Below are positions 1-11,791 of a stretch of 64,000 bases of DNA, in pieces; position 1 is the stretch's first letter; each line of letters opens with the position of its first letter. The stretch is from contig CAWFXA010000002.1 of NCBI GenBank assembly GCA_963819655.1, positions 32,001 to 96,000 of the forward strand, given 5' to 3'. The notes under the pieces were generated by a model that worked only from the letters and a program-made list of their open reading frames with translations, did no database searches and was not told the origin of the DNA. Made by a program: the position numbers and the translations under genes. The stretch is from an uncultured Chloroflexia bacterium. GTDB taxonomy: Bacteria > Chloroflexota > Limnocylindria > Limnocylindrales > CSP1-4.

Positions 1-886
1 CTCGAGCTGGCGTCGCGTCGAGCGGCGAGACGAACGGCGGGATCGGACCGGTCGGCGCGATGCCGGCGAGCTCGGTGCCGTGGTGCAGCACGCGCGCCGG
101 TCCCCACTCGTCGCGCAGATCTTCGAACGGGATGAAGTGGGCGCGAATCGCTTCGGCGCGCGCCCAGTCCTGCGCCCGGCACGCCGCGAACAGCGCGCTG
201 CAGAGCGTCGAGGCGATGCAGCCGGATCCGGTCGTGAAGCCCGGCAAGCCGAAGTCGCGCATGTGCACGACCGCCGGCCGCTCGCCGATGCCGCTGACCA
301 CGCGGCGCGCGATCGACGCGCCGCAGCAGGCCGTCGAGATACGCGTCCTGCCGCGGATCGTCGCGCACCACCGCGTATTTGATCGCGACGGCCACGCCGT
401 CGCGCATCAGGCGGCCGACGGCGTCGAGCCCCGCGTCCTTGTCCGCGCCGAAGCCGTCCTCGGACTTCAGGTAGAGGATGAGCGGCATGCCGGCGGCGTC
501 GGCAATCTCGCGAATGCCCGCCTCGAGGCCGCGCGCGTCGCGCGGGTCGCCGCACGGCAGCATCATCGCGGTCCGGAACGCGATGCCGCCGCAGCAGCCG
601 CGCCTGATCGATCGCGCGGCCGAACGACGGTCCGATGCTGGGGATCGCCCAGCGCGACGCCGGGAACCCGCGAGCCAGCCGAGCAGCGCCTCGAACTCGT
701 CGAGCGTGATGTGGTAGAGGAAGGCGTTGCCGCCGTAGAGCAGCCGGGTGATGCCGCCGGCTTCGATGTGCCGCGCCACGCATTCGGCGGCGTCGAAGTC
801 GAGCGTGCCGCTTCGGCGTTGCGCTTGCGCGGCAGCGGCGGCACGGAGAAGACGCCGGCGAGATCGTCGACTGGGATGGTGCTCAT
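1..886 (-). CDS. Dihydrodipicolinate synthase (DapA/class I aldolase) family protein, frameshifted, runs off window start
   Basis: Start MSTIPVDDLAGVFSVPPLPR at 886; other frames give LYGGNAFLYHI, MPLILYLKSE, AIKYAVVR, GIGERPAVVHMRDFGLPGFTTGSGCIA. Confidence 0.7.
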
Positions 887-994
887 GTCCGGGAGATTGT
901 AGCGCCAGAGATTCTTCGAGGACAGCCGCTCACAGCTCTGAGACGCCGGTGCCGGTCGGAGTGGCGATCGGGGCGACTCGCGGCGCTCGCGATC

Positions 995-1070
995 ACAGGA
1001 GCGGAGCCAGGAGATCACGGAGGCAACGAGCAGTCTGAACGATTGGCCTCCTGATCTCCTGACCTCCTGT
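995..1070. repeat. Intergenic inverted repeat built on CAGGAG/CTCCTG units
   Basis: CAGGAGATCACGGAGGC ... GCCTCCTGATCTCCTGACCTCCTG. Confidence 0.5.
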
Positions 1071-1076
1071 CAAAGA

Positions 1077-2520
1077 TCACAGGCCATCGAACGACCCCGA
1101 GTGCCGCTGAAGCACCCGACGCCGCGAGCGACGGGGCGGCTGTCGTTCTAAGGAACGTTGGCCCGGCCGCGACGGACCGCGGACCACCGACCGCGGGCTG
1201 CGGCTCGGCGATCGCGGAGTCTTGGACGGCGCGTCCGGCAGCCTCAGGATGCTGACCAGGATCGCTTCGATGATCAGCGCGCCCGCGAGCACGAGCAGGC
1301 CGCCGCTGTAGCCGCCGGTCACGTCGCGCAGCGATCCCATGATCGTCGGTCCGAAGAACCCGCCGAGGTTGCCGATCGCGTTGATCAGCGCGATGCCGGC
1401 GGCCGCCGCGGCGCCGCCGAGCAGCATCGGCGGCATCGTCCAGAACACGCTCATCACCGAGCGCTGGCCGATCTGGCAGATCGTGAAGGCCAGCACCAGC
1501 AGGTACAGGTTGTCGCGGAAGGCGACCGCCAGGAACAGGCCGATCGCGGCGGTGATCGCGCAGGCGGCGACGTGGAGCTTGCGCTCGCCGGTCTTGTCGC
1601 TGTGGCGGCCGATCAGCACCATGCGCGATCAGCGCCGCCACGAACGGAATGCGCGGTGAGCAGGCTGACCGAGACGCCCGGGCCCGGCGGCGTCCTGCAG
1701 CATCCGCGGCAGCCACAGGAAGATGCCGTAGGTCACCGACGTGTTCAGCAGGTAGACGACGCGTCAGCAGCCAGACGCGGCCGCTGCGCAGGCTGCGAGC
1801 CGACCGAGACGTGGCCGGTCTCGCCGCCGCTGCGCCCGCTCGGCGCTCATCGTCGCGGCCAGCCACTCGCGGTCGGCCGGCGGCAGCCAGTCGGCCTGCT
1901 CCGGGCCGATCGGTCAGCACCCGCAGCGCGAGGACGCCGAGGATCACCGCGGGCAGCCCTTCGAGCAGGAACAGCCACTGCCAGCCGCGCAGCCCGAGCG
2001 ATGCCGTCCATGCCCAGCAGCGCTTCCGACACCGGCGCGCCGACGATCACCGAGACCGGCGCCGCCATCATGAACAGCGCATTCGTGCGGGCGCGCTCGG
2101 CCGCCGGAATCCAGTAGGTGAGGTAGAGCACCATGCCGGGAAAGAAGCCCGCCTCGGCGATGCCCAGCACGACGCGCGCGATCATGAACGACCGTCACGT
2201 CGGTGATGAACATCGTCGCCATCGACACGAGGCCCCAGCCGATCATGATCCGGGCGATCCAGCGGCGCGCGCCGACCCGCTCGAGGATCAGGTTGCTCGG
2301 GAATCTCGAACAGGCAGTAGCCGAGGAAGAACAGCCCGGCGCCGAGCCCGTATTCGGTCGCGCTCAGCCCGAGATCGCGCTGCAGCTCGCGCTGCCGCGA
2401 AGCCGATGTTCACGCGGTCGATGTAGGCGACGACGTAGCAGATGAAGGCGAAGGGGATCAGCCGCCGGGTGACGCGGCTGATGACGGCTGCGCGGCGGGC
2501 GTCGTCGGAGTCGAGGTCAA
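1077..2520 (-). CDS. MFS transporter, ACS/tartrate transporter (TtuB-like) family, several frameshifts, ends approximate
   Basis: Fragments RRLIPFAFICYVVAYIDRVNIGF, LGIAEAGFFPGMVLYLTYWIP, AAAAGIALINAIGNLGGFFGP. Confidence 0.85.
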
Positions 2521-2540
2521 GGCGGGCGACGATAACAGGC

Positions 2541-2694
2541 CGTCAAATCCCAAGCTCCAACTCCCAAATCCCAACGCACTCCCAACTCCCAAGCCCGAAT
2601 GCAACGCCCAAGCCACGACTGGGTTCGGCAGTTCGCTTGGATGTTGGAGCTGGGATCGCCTTGGGAGTTGGGAGTTGGAGCTTGGGATTTGACG
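2541..2694. repeat. (TTGGGAG)n-based element with 27-bp perfect terminal inverted repeats, copy 1
   Basis: CGTCAAATCCCAAGCTCCAACTCCCAA at 2541-2567 is the exact reverse complement of 2668-2694. Confidence 0.85.
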
Positions 2695-2699
2695 CCGAC

Positions 2700-3348
2700 T
2701 CAGCGCCGCGAGTCGAGCGCGGTGAACAGCTCGGCGGTGACCTTGTCCGGCGGCTGCGCGCCGTTCGACGGCGATGAAGCCCGGGCGCGAGCGAGTAGAG
2801 CGCGATCAGCGGCTCGGCCAGCGCGGCGTAGGTCGATCAGCCGCTTGCGCACGGTCGCCGGCGTCGTCGTCTTCGCGGCGCACCAGCGTGCCGCCGCAGT
2901 ACGGGCAGTCTTCCGCCTGGTCCCGTTGCTTCGGACACCGACTGCGTCAGCGCGCACGACTCGCAGATCCGGCGGCTGCTGAGCCGGCGGATGATCTCCT
3001 CGTCGGGGACGGCGATGTGCACGACGATCGAGGTTGGATCGCGCATCTCGTCGAGCAGGCGTGCCTGGGCGACGCGTGCGGGGAAAGCCGTCGAGGAGGA
3101 ACCCGCCGGCGGTATCGGACGCGCGACAGCCGCGCCTTGACCAGGTTCGAGATCAGCTCGTCGCTGACCAGCGCCCCGGCGGCGATCGTCGCCGCCACCT
3201 CGCGGCCGAGCGGCGTCTCGTCGCGGACCGCCTGGCGCAGGATGTCGCCGGTCGAGATGTGCGGCACGCTGTAGCGCCGGGCGATGCGCACGGCCTGCGT
3301 GCCCTTCCCGGAGCCGGGCGGGCCTATCAGAACGAGGTTGAGGGGCAT
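2700..3348 (-). CDS. adk: Adenylate kinase, frameshifted
   Basis: MPLNLVLIGPPGSGKGTQA P-loop, HISTGDILR, LID CESC...CPYC, spread over three frames. Confidence 0.9.
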
Positions 3349-3362
3349 TGCAGATCGAGATG

Positions 3363-3526
3363 CCAAGCTCCAAACTCCCAACTCCCAACTCCCAACTCCC
3401 AAGGCAAGTCGTCCCAACAACGGGTGCAAGACGTCGCAGCCAGCCTGGTCTGGGCATGCGTTCGCCTCGGGAGTTGGCGAGTTGGGACGTGCCTTGGGAG
3501 TTGGGAGTTGGAGCTTGGGAGTTGAC
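3363..3526. repeat. (TTGGGAG)n inverted-repeat element, copy 2
   Basis: CTCCCAA tandem units on the left, TTGGGAG units on the right, unique core. Confidence 0.8.
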
Positions 3527-3533
3527 ATGCTCG

Positions 3534-4341
3534 CTACTTGAGCGCCTGCTTGATCGCCGCCTCGGCCAGCGGCGCCATGATCGCGTAGCCCTGCGCGTTC
3601 GGGTGCAGGTCGTCGCCGCTCAGCTCGGTGCGGAGCAGGCCGGTCTGGTCGAGCATCGCCGAGAAGTAGTCGAGATAGATATGACCCTCGGCGGCCGCGT
3701 ACTTCTTCATCCAGTCGTTGATCGCGCGAATGCGCTCCATCGGCCGGGTCTGGGTCTGCGGCACGCCGTTCGGCGCGACGTGGTAGTGCTGGTCGGCGGA
3801 TGCTCGAGAGCACCACCTTGATCTTGTTGGCCTTGGCGAGCTCCGCCATCGACATCAGGTTGTTCTGGATCTCCTCGTTGGTCATCGGCCCGGTGTTGCC
3901 GGCGATGTCGTTGGTGCCGGCGAGGATGACGACCGCCTTCGGATGCAGGTCGATGACGTCGGGGCGGAATCGGATCAACATCTGCGGCGTCGTCTGGCCG
4001 CTGATGCCGCGGCCGATGTACGACTTGTTGCTGCGCGAAGAAATCGCCGAAGCGCGGCTGCGGCCAGGCGTCGGTGATCGAGTCGCCCATGAACACCACG
4101 CGGGACTCGCCGGCGCGCCGGCTTCGGCAGGGCGCGGTTGGCGTCGCGGTAGCGCCCGAGCTGCGCCCAGTCGCGCATGCCGCGCGTCGTTGGCCAGCAG
4201 CCGCGTGATCGCGGCGGCCACCTCGGGACCGCTCGGCGCGGCCGCCGGCTGCGGCGCGGCGGCGGCCGGCGGGGCCGGCTGCTGTCCGGACAGCGAGACC
4301 ACCAACAGCGGGACGGTCAGGAATGCGGCGCTTCTGCGCAT
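3534..4341 (-). CDS. Secreted SGNH/GDSL hydrolase, frameshifted
   Basis: Signal peptide, VFMGDSITD, RGISGQTTPQML, ILAGTNDIAGN, DDLHPNAQGY. Confidence 0.9.
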
Positions 4342-4389
4342 GCGGATGATCCTTTCATGGAGATGCACGGTGACGAGCCGGCGCGGCGC

Positions 4390-4576
4390 TCACGGCCGGG
4401 GCGTCGTGATCCGCTTGTAGCCGCTGACCGCGAGCGCCAGCATCACCGCGCCGCCGCCGAGCGGCGTCACCCGGATGCTCGCCGGTCCTGGCATAGGCGA
4501 CCGCCACCGCCGCGAAGCTCAGCGCGGCGGCGACGAAGGCGAGGACGACGGCGAGCTTCTGAGTCGAGGTGGCCAT
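4390..4576 (-). CDS. Small two-TM membrane protein, frameshifted
   Basis: MATSTQKLAVVLAFVAAALSFAAVAVAY then PLGGGAVMLALAVSGYKR in another frame. Confidence 0.55.
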
Positions 4577-4603
4577 GCGAGGCGAAATCGTAGCTTGAGT
4601 CGC

Positions 4604-4754
4604 GTCAATTCCCAACGGCCAACTCCCAACTCCCAAGGAAGCCGATCGCACCAGCGGCGTAACAGACGCGGAATCAGCCGGTTGCAGTTGCTTTCCACCC
4701 GGCCGGTTCGAGCGACTCTCCTTGGAGGTTGGGAGTTGGAAGTTGGGAGTTGAA
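4604..4754. repeat. (TTGGGAG)n inverted-repeat element, copy 3
   Basis: GTCAATTCCCAAC...CTCCCAACTCCCAAGG on the left; CCTTGGAGGTTGGGAGTTGGAAGTTGGGAGTTGA on the right. Confidence 0.8.
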
Positions 4755-4782
4755 CCGCGCCGTTCCGCTATGCTATGCGGCC

Positions 4783-4848
4783 ATGCCGTTCACCGTCACT
4801 CGCGATCTCGTGCTTCCGAGCACCGTCACTGGCTCCTGGCCGCGTCCC
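4783..4848 (+). pseudogene. N-terminal stub of a cobalamin-independent methionine synthase II (MetE-like) protein, cut at the probable chimeric junction
   Basis: MPFTVTRDLVLPSTVTGSWPRP matches the family start motif T-x-x-G-S-x-P-R-P; TATGCT -10 box just upstream. Confidence 0.6.
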
Positions 4849-7800
4849 GCCGCCGCGTGATCCTGGAGCAGACCGAACAGCTCGTCGAAGCGCTCGCGAC
4901 CATCAGCACGATCGCGCAGCACCTCCGACAGACGCACGGCAGCGACGCTATCCGCGCTGAGCGCCGCGACGTGGCGGCCACTCGGGTCGAACAGGTACGC
5001 CCGTCCGCCGGTCATCCCGGCCCCGAAGTTCGCCCCGACCGGGCCCAGCACCACGACGACGCCGCCGGTCATGTACTCGCAGCCGTGCGCGCCGATGCCC
5101 TCGACCACGGCCGACGCGCCGCTGTTGCGGACCGCGAAGCGCATGCCGGCCCGCCCGACGAGATGCAGCCGACCGCTGGTCGCCCCATACAGGACGGTGT
5201 TCCCGGCGATCGCCTCACCGGCGGCCGCGACAGGCAGGTCGGGCTCGGGGCGGACGACGAGCCGGCCGCCCGACAGCCCCTTCCCCACGTAGTCGTTGGC
5301 CTGACCGACCAGAGTGAGGTCGATCGATGGGGACGCGAACGCCCCGAACGACTGGCCCGCTGCTCCCCGGAGCTCGAGGCGCACGGGTCCGCGCAGCTCG
5401 CCCCGCTCGATCGAGCCGGTGAGCCCGGCACCGAACGAGCGATCGGCTGTCGATAGCCGCAACCCGGAGGCCGTCACCGGCCCCTGGTCCCGGAACGCGT
5501 CCGCGACACGAACCTCCAGAGGCGATGCGGGCGCATGGCGGACCGTCCGCACAGGCAGTCCCGGGTCGGCCCGCCGTGCCGCATCCGCGCTCCACGATGC
5601 CGCCCCGACCACCGCGCGGAGCTCCCGCGACGAACGGGCGACCGGTCGCAAGCCTCGCCTGCTCTCTCCCACGATCTCGCCCACGGAGCGGGAACCGACG
5701 GCCGCCAGCTCGCGCCGCAGGTCCTCGGCGATCGCGAGGAAGAACGTCTCGACCATCTCGGGCGTGCCTCGGAACTTGGCGCGCAGGTCCTCGCGCTGCG
5801 TGGCGATGCCGGTCGGACACGTATCGAGATGGCACTGGCGCGCCATGTCGCAGCCGATCGCCACCAACGCCGACGTCCCGAACGCGAACTCCTCGGCCCC
5901 GAGCAGCGCCGCGATCAGCAGGTCCCGCCCGGTCTGCAGCCCGCCATCGGTGCGTAGCGCGACCCGGTCGCGCAGATCGTTGCGTAGCAGGACCTGGTGG
6001 ACCTCGGCCAGCCCGAACTCCCACGGCGCCCCGACGTGTTTGATCGACGACAGCGGCGACGCTCCCGTCCCGCCTGCGTGTCCGGACAAATGGATGTACG
6101 ACGCGCCGGCCTTCGCCACGCCTGCCGCGATCGTCCCGACGCCGCGCGACGCGACCAGCTTCACGCCGATCCGTGCGGCGGGGTTGATCGCCCGCAGGTC
6201 GGCGATGAGCTGCGCGAGATCCTCGATCGAGTAGATGTCGTGGTGTGGTGGCGGGCTGATGTAGCTCTGGCCGGCCTGGCCGCGCCGGAGCGCCGCGATG
6301 TAGGCGGTCGCCTTGCGGCCGGGGAGCTGGCCGCCCTCGCCGGGCTTCGAGCCCTGGGCGATCTTGATCTCCAGCTGGTCGGCGCGGGCGAGGTACGTCG
6401 CGGTCACACCGAACCGTGCCGATGCGACCTGCTTGATCCGCGCATCGCGACGCCGTCCGTCGGCGCCCACCGCATACCAGGCGGGATCCTCGCCGCCCTC
6501 ACCGGTGTTCGCGGCGCCCCCGGCTCGCTGGATCCCGATCGTCAACGCCTGGTGCGCCTCGGGCGACAGCGCCCCGACGCTCATTGCCGAGACGACGAAC
6601 CGGCGCGCGATCGACCGCGCATCCTCCACCGACGCGAGGTCGACCGGCTCGCCCAGCCGGCGTACGCGAAGTTCATCGCGCGGCGTCGCCGACGCCGTCG
6701 CCGGCCGTGCCAGCTCCGATCGGTAGCGCGCGAGCGATTCGTCGACCGTCGGCGTCGGCCCCTCCCCGACGGGCGTCGCGCCCGACAGGAGCTGGATCTC
6801 GCTCGCGATCCGCGGCGCGAACAGGTGCGCCTCCCCGTCGCCCCGGAACCGGGCGAAGCCCGGGTCGGGGAGCCGTGCCTCGCGACCCGGCGCGGGATCG
6901 GACAGAGCCAGCGCCGCCTCCCGCCGCCTCACGACACGCTCCCCGAGATCGCGCAGCGTCGTCCGGCCGGGCCACGCCGCGGCCGCCGGGAAGCACCGGG
7001 CGAGGACATCGGGCGCGAGGTCGATCGTGTCGATGAGCGACCCGCCGACATAGCTCGCGACCGCGCTGATCCCCATCCGGGCTAGCGTCTTGCGAAGGCC
7101 CGTCGCGAACGCGTCGACGATGTTCTCGACGGCATCGCCCGGCGTCACGTTCTCAGCGCCGCGCGACCCGGCCAGCTCCGCCGCGAGCTCGAGCGCGAGC
7201 CGCGGGTGGACCGCCGTCGCCCCCACCGCCAGCGCCATGGCCATGGCGTGGACGTCGAGGAGGTCGGCCGCGTCGAGGACCAGATCGGTCCTGCCCCGGA
7301 GACCGGCCTCCGTGAGGGCGGTATGGACCGCGCCCGCAGCAAGGATCGACGGCACCGGCAGGCGATCCGCTGACAACGCCGCGTCGCTCACGACGAGGAC
7401 CTCGACACCGGCCTCGCTCGCCGCGAGCGCGGCACCAGCGAGCCGATCGAGCGCGAGAGCGAGCCCGCCAGCGCCCTCCGCGACCGGCCACGTCGCATCG
7501 AGAACCCGGTGGCGTCGACCGCCGCCCGTGAGAGTCTCGATCAGCCCGCCGAGATCAGCGACGATCGGGCGTTCGAGCCGGAGCGTGCGTGGACCACGCG
7601 GCGGGCCGCCGAGAAGCGCCGGTCGGCGACCCAGCTCGACCCGGAGATCCATGACGACCCGCTCGCGCTCCGGGTCGATCGCCGGGTTCGTCACCTGCGC
7701 GAACGCCTGCCGCAGATGATCGGCGACGGGCCGGTCGAGCCGACCGCGACCCGGGGTCGGGGTGTCGTCACCCATGCTCCAGAGCGGCTCGTGCGCCTCC

Positions 7801-9257
7801 AGGGCCATCGTCTTGATATCGAGCCGCGCCTTCTCGGCGTCGAGACCGGCGAGGTAGCGGAGTCGATGATCCAGCGCCGGCCGTGCCTCGATCGCCGCGG
7901 CCGCCGCCTCGGCCGTGTCCTCGTGGAGCGGCCGCGGGGCATCGTGGATCGGGAGGTGGCGGAGGACGCGTGCCTTGGCATCGGTGTCCTCGAGGATCGC
8001 GCGCCGGCCCGGCTCGACCAGCAGCATCTCGCCCGGCCCGAGGCGACCGCGACGGACGGTCTCCGAAGCGGTGAACGGCACGGCGCCCGATTCCGATGCG
8101 AGCGCGACCATCCGCTCCGCCGTCACTGCGAAGGCGGCCGGGCGAAGCCCGTTCCGGTCGACCAGCGCGCCGACGCGCTGGCCATCGGCGAACACGATGG
8201 CGGCCGGGCCGTCCCAGGGCGCGAGCGTCCCGGCGGTCCGGCGTCGGAGCGTCGCCACGTGCGGGTGCGGGGCACGCCGCAGGCCCACCGCCTCGGGGAT
8301 GGCGGCAAGCAGCGCCGGGGCGAGGTCCCAGCCGGTCGTCGTCAACAGCTCCAGGCCCTCGTCGAGCGATAGCGAGTCCGAGCCGTCCGGCGACAGCAGA
8401 GGGCCGGCGTCGAGCAGCTCCGCCGCGACCGGACGTCCGCCGCGGTCGCGCGTTCGCCCGCGGACCTGCTCGCGGTTGCCACGGACCGTGTTGATCTCGC
8501 CGTTGTGGGCGATCGAGCGGAACGGCTGGGCGAGTCGCCAGACGGGGGTCGTGTTCGTGGCGTACCGCTGGTGGAAGACCGCGTACGCGACCTCGACCGG
8601 CGCACGCAGGTCCGGGTACAGCTCGCCGAGACGCGTGCCCTCGACAAGGCCCTTGTAGACAACGGTCCGGCACGACGCAGAGGGCACCGACAACCCGGCG
8701 ACCTTACCGCCTCCCGCGCGCGCGGCCGTCTCCAGCCGCCGCCGAGCGACGACCAGCCGACGTTCGAACAGCGCGTCGGACGCCGCGGGGGGCCGCGCGA
8801 CGATCGCCTGGACCACGGCCGGACGCGACGATGCGGCTGCCGCCCCGAGCGCCCCAGGCTCGAACGGCACGGATCGCCAGGCAACGACCGGCAGGCCGGC
8901 ATCCGCGAAGACCTTGTCCACAAGCCCTCGCGCCACGCGCGCCGCGACCCGCCCCCGGGGCAGGAACAACGTGACCACGCCAGGGCTTTCGGTGGCGCGC
9001 GCTCCCGCGATCAACGACAGCAGCGACCCCGACAGCGGCATTGCGACGCCCGCGCCATCGCTCGACTCGCCGTCGGCGGCGAATGCCCCACGGTGGGCCA
9101 GTGCCGCGAGGCCTGCGAGCGCGAGCGGCAGCACCCGCCCATGCGACCCGCCGCCGGCATCCGCCACGAACCCGACCCCGCACGCATCGTGCTCGAACCG
9201 CGCGTCGTACAGCGGCGCTCGGATGTCGCGCTCGTCGTGTCGGTCGGTGGCGTCCAT
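4849..9257 (-). CDS. gltB: Glutamate synthase large subunit; true C-terminus probably lost at the junction
   Basis: EHDACGVGF Ntn cysteine, HNGEINT, IKQVASARFGV, EIKIAQGSKPGEGGQLPG, SPPPHHDIYSIEDL, 3Fe-4S cysteines (CDMARQCHLDTCP), GXGXG domain. Confidence 0.97.
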
Positions 9258-9409
9258 CTCGCGCTGGCGGCTCCGAAGGAAGTGGAGCGGCCGCCGCCCG
9301 GCTGGGACGGTGGCCGCATGGACGGGAAGTGGCGGGTCGAGCGAGGGAGCGTCGGCCGGTCGAGACCCGGGAGGAGCCGTCCCCGACCGGCCGTTCGCCC
9401 CTTCCTGGG

Positions 9410-10642
9410 TCAGGTCTGGTAGGCCACCTCGCCGTGGGTCGCGAGGTCGATGCCCATCTCCTCGTCCTTGGCCGATACGCGGATCCCTAGGATCAGGTCG
9501 ACGACCTTGATGATCACGAGGGTCGACACGGCGGCGTAAGCGACGGTCGCCCCGACCGCGATGAGCTGGTTGACGAGCTGCTGGGCGTTGCCCTCGAGCA
9601 GGCCGGTGTAGGCCTCCTGGATGGCGGCCGTGGCGAAGACACCGGTCGCGACCGCGCCGAACATGCCGCCGACGCCGTGGACCGCGAACACGTCGAGCGC
9701 GTCATCGATCTTGAGGCGCGAGCGCAGCAGCGTCGCGCTGTAGCACAGGCCGCCGACCACGAGGCCGATGACCAACGCCCCGCCGACACCGACGAAACCG
9801 GAGGCCGGGGTGATCGCGACCAGGCCCGCCACGGCGCCGCAGGCGGCACCGATGACGCTGACCTTGCCCCTGTGGAGGTAGCTCGCGAGGACCCAGGTGA
9901 TGGTCGCGGCAGCGGCGGCGGTGTTGGTGACGATGAATGCGCTCGCCGCGAGACCGTTCGCCGCGACCGCAGAACCGGCGTTGAAGCCGAACCAGCCGAA
10001 CCACAGGAGTCCCGCGCCGAGGACCGTCATCGGGACGTCGTGCGGCTCCATCGGCTCACCGTTGGCGACGCGACGGCCGATCAGCAGGGCCACGACAAGC
10101 GCCGAGACGCCCGAGCTGATGTGGACCACGGTCCCGCCCGCGAAGTCGAGGGCGCCGAGCTTGAACAGCCAGCCATCGGCCGACCACACCCAGTGGGCCA
10201 GTGGCGAGTACACGAGGATCGACCACAGGATCGTGAACAGCACGAAGGCGCCGAACCGCTTGCGCTCGGCGAAGGCGCCGGTGATGAGGGCCGGCGTGAT
10301 CGCGGCGAACATCAGCTGGAAAGCCGCGAACAGCACGAATGGCACGGTCGTCGCGTAGGTCGTTGACGGTTCGAGACCGACGCCGTTGAAGAACGCGAAG
10401 TCGAGACCGCCGATCCAACCGGCGCCGATGATCGGCAGCGTGACGTCCGGTCCGAACGCCAGCGAGAAGCCGACGATGACCCACACGACGCTGACCAAGG
10501 CCAGGCCGAAGAAGCTGTGCATGATCGTCGATAGGACGTTCTTGCGCCGTACGAGGCCGCCGTAGAACAGCGCCAGCCCCGGCAGCATGATCATCACGAG
10601 GGCTGTCGACATCAACAGCCAAGCGGTATCGCCACTGTTCAT
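9410..10642 (-). CDS. amtB: Ammonium transporter
   Basis: MNSGDTAWLL, DFAGGTVVH, GWFGFNAGS, DDALDVFAVHGVGG. Confidence 0.97.
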   Translation of the reverse strand: MNSGDTAWLLMSTALVMIMLPGLALFYGGLVRRKNVLSTIMHSFFGLALVSVVWVIVGFSLAFGPDVTLPIIGAGWIGGLDFAFFNGVGLEPSTTYATTVPFVLFAAFQLMFAAITPALITGAFAERKRFGAFVLFTILWSILVYSPLAHWVWSADGWLFKLGALDFAGGTVVHISSGVSALVVALLIGRRVANGEPMEPHDVPMTVLGAGLLWFGWFGFNAGSAVAANGLAASAFIVTNTAAAAATITWVLASYLHRGKVSVIGAACGAVAGLVAITPASGFVGVGGALVIGLVVGGLCYSATLLRSRLKIDDALDVFAVHGVGGMFGAVATGVFATAAIQEAYTGLLEGNAQQLVNQLIAVGATVAYAAVSTLVIIKVVDLILGIRVSAKDEEMGIDLATHGEVAYQT

Positions 10643-10822
10643 CCGTTCCTCCCGGCATGGTCGGGACACCCGATCCGAACGGGTGTGGAACGAACGCTAC
10701 GGGGCGGTCAGGCGGCGGTCGTCCCCCGCGGCGGGAACGAGAACGTCGCGGTTCGGGACCATGGCGCGGCCCTGATCGGTTCAACGTTGCGCTTCGGCGT
10801 CACCGCACGTGCAGCCGGTCGG

Positions 10823-11791
10823 TCAGTCCTCGCCGCGGACGCGTACAGACCCGACACCGCCCTGGATGTCGAGGTCGACGCGGTTCTCGGCGGTCGCGTA
10901 GTCAGTCGACTGATAGCCATCGCCCATCCGCGGGAAGCGCGACTCGTCGACCTGGATGCTGCCGAGACCCATCTTCGTTCTGATGCGCGCCGCGACGCCG
11001 GTCGGGACGAGGATCGTCAGGCTGGCGGCACCGGTCTCGGCCCGCACATCGGTTGCTCCGGCCGCCCGCGGCAGGAGGACGGTCGTCTCGCTGGCACCCG
11101 TCTTGAGCTCGAGACGTCGCAGCTTCGTCTCGCGGAGATCGAGCCGAGTGCGGCTGGCACCGCCCTCGAGACGCAGATCGAGCGGCAACTCACCGGTCAG
11201 GCCGAGATTCCATCGCGATTCCTGGTTCAGCCAGGGCATACCCCATGAGGTGTCCTGCTCGAGCTCGACGTTGCCGGGGCCCAGCTCGCGGTGGACGACA
11301 CCACCGCGAAAGTCGCCGTCGACGAGAGCGCCGAGCGCGGCGATCCCGGTCGTCAATGTGCCGGCGTTGAACTTGATCCGGACCGACGCCTGCGCTGCGG
11401 CCCGAAGCGGGACGACCAGCTGCTCCTGCGGCTTCGATCCACCCGGTACGACGGCGCCGATCAGGAACCAGACACCCAGGGCCACGAGAAGCCACGGCCA
11501 TCCCTGCTCGATGAGCTCGCCCGGTCCTGTGCCGAGCTGGCCGGTCGTGCTCAGGAGCAGGAGCACGCCAACGACGATCCACACGATCGGCCAGGTGAAC
11601 GACCAGAGGACGGGAGCACCGGGTCGCCGGCCGAGGATGGTCGAAACGAGCGATGCGACACCGACGAGGATCACGAACAGCGGCCAGACCTCGGTCCACG
11701 CCAGGTCCATCGCCTGCCGCGCGAGGAAGACGATCCCAAGACCGATCAGCCACGTCCCGGCGATCAGCGGTCCACGGCGGCGATCGTTCAT
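10823..11791 (-). CDS. LiaI/LiaF-like (DUF5668) TM repeats plus beta-solenoid (DUF2154/toast-rack-like) domain
   Basis: Two WPxxxIxxG TM units followed by repeated GAS/GAA/GVG beta motifs. Confidence 0.7.
   Translation of the reverse strand: MNDRRRGPLIAGTWLIGLGIVFLARQAMDLAWTEVWPLFVILVGVASLVSTILGRRPGAPVLWSFTWPIVWIVVGVLLLLSTTGQLGTGPGELIEQGWPWLLVALGVWFLIGAVVPGGSKPQEQLVVPLRAAAQASVRIKFNAGTLTTGIAALGALVDGDFRGGVVHRELGPGNVELEQDTSWGMPWLNQESRWNLGLTGELPLDLRLEGGASRTRLDLRETKLRRLELKTGASETTVLLPRAAGATDVRAETGAASLTILVPTGVAARIRTKMGLGSIQVDESRFPRMGDGYQSTDYATAENRVDLDIQGGVGSVRVRGED

Noticed and set aside
2947-4368. SGNH hydrolase-adenylate kinase fusion ORF
   Set aside because: It reads through frameshifts and an intergenic repeat; these are two separate genes.
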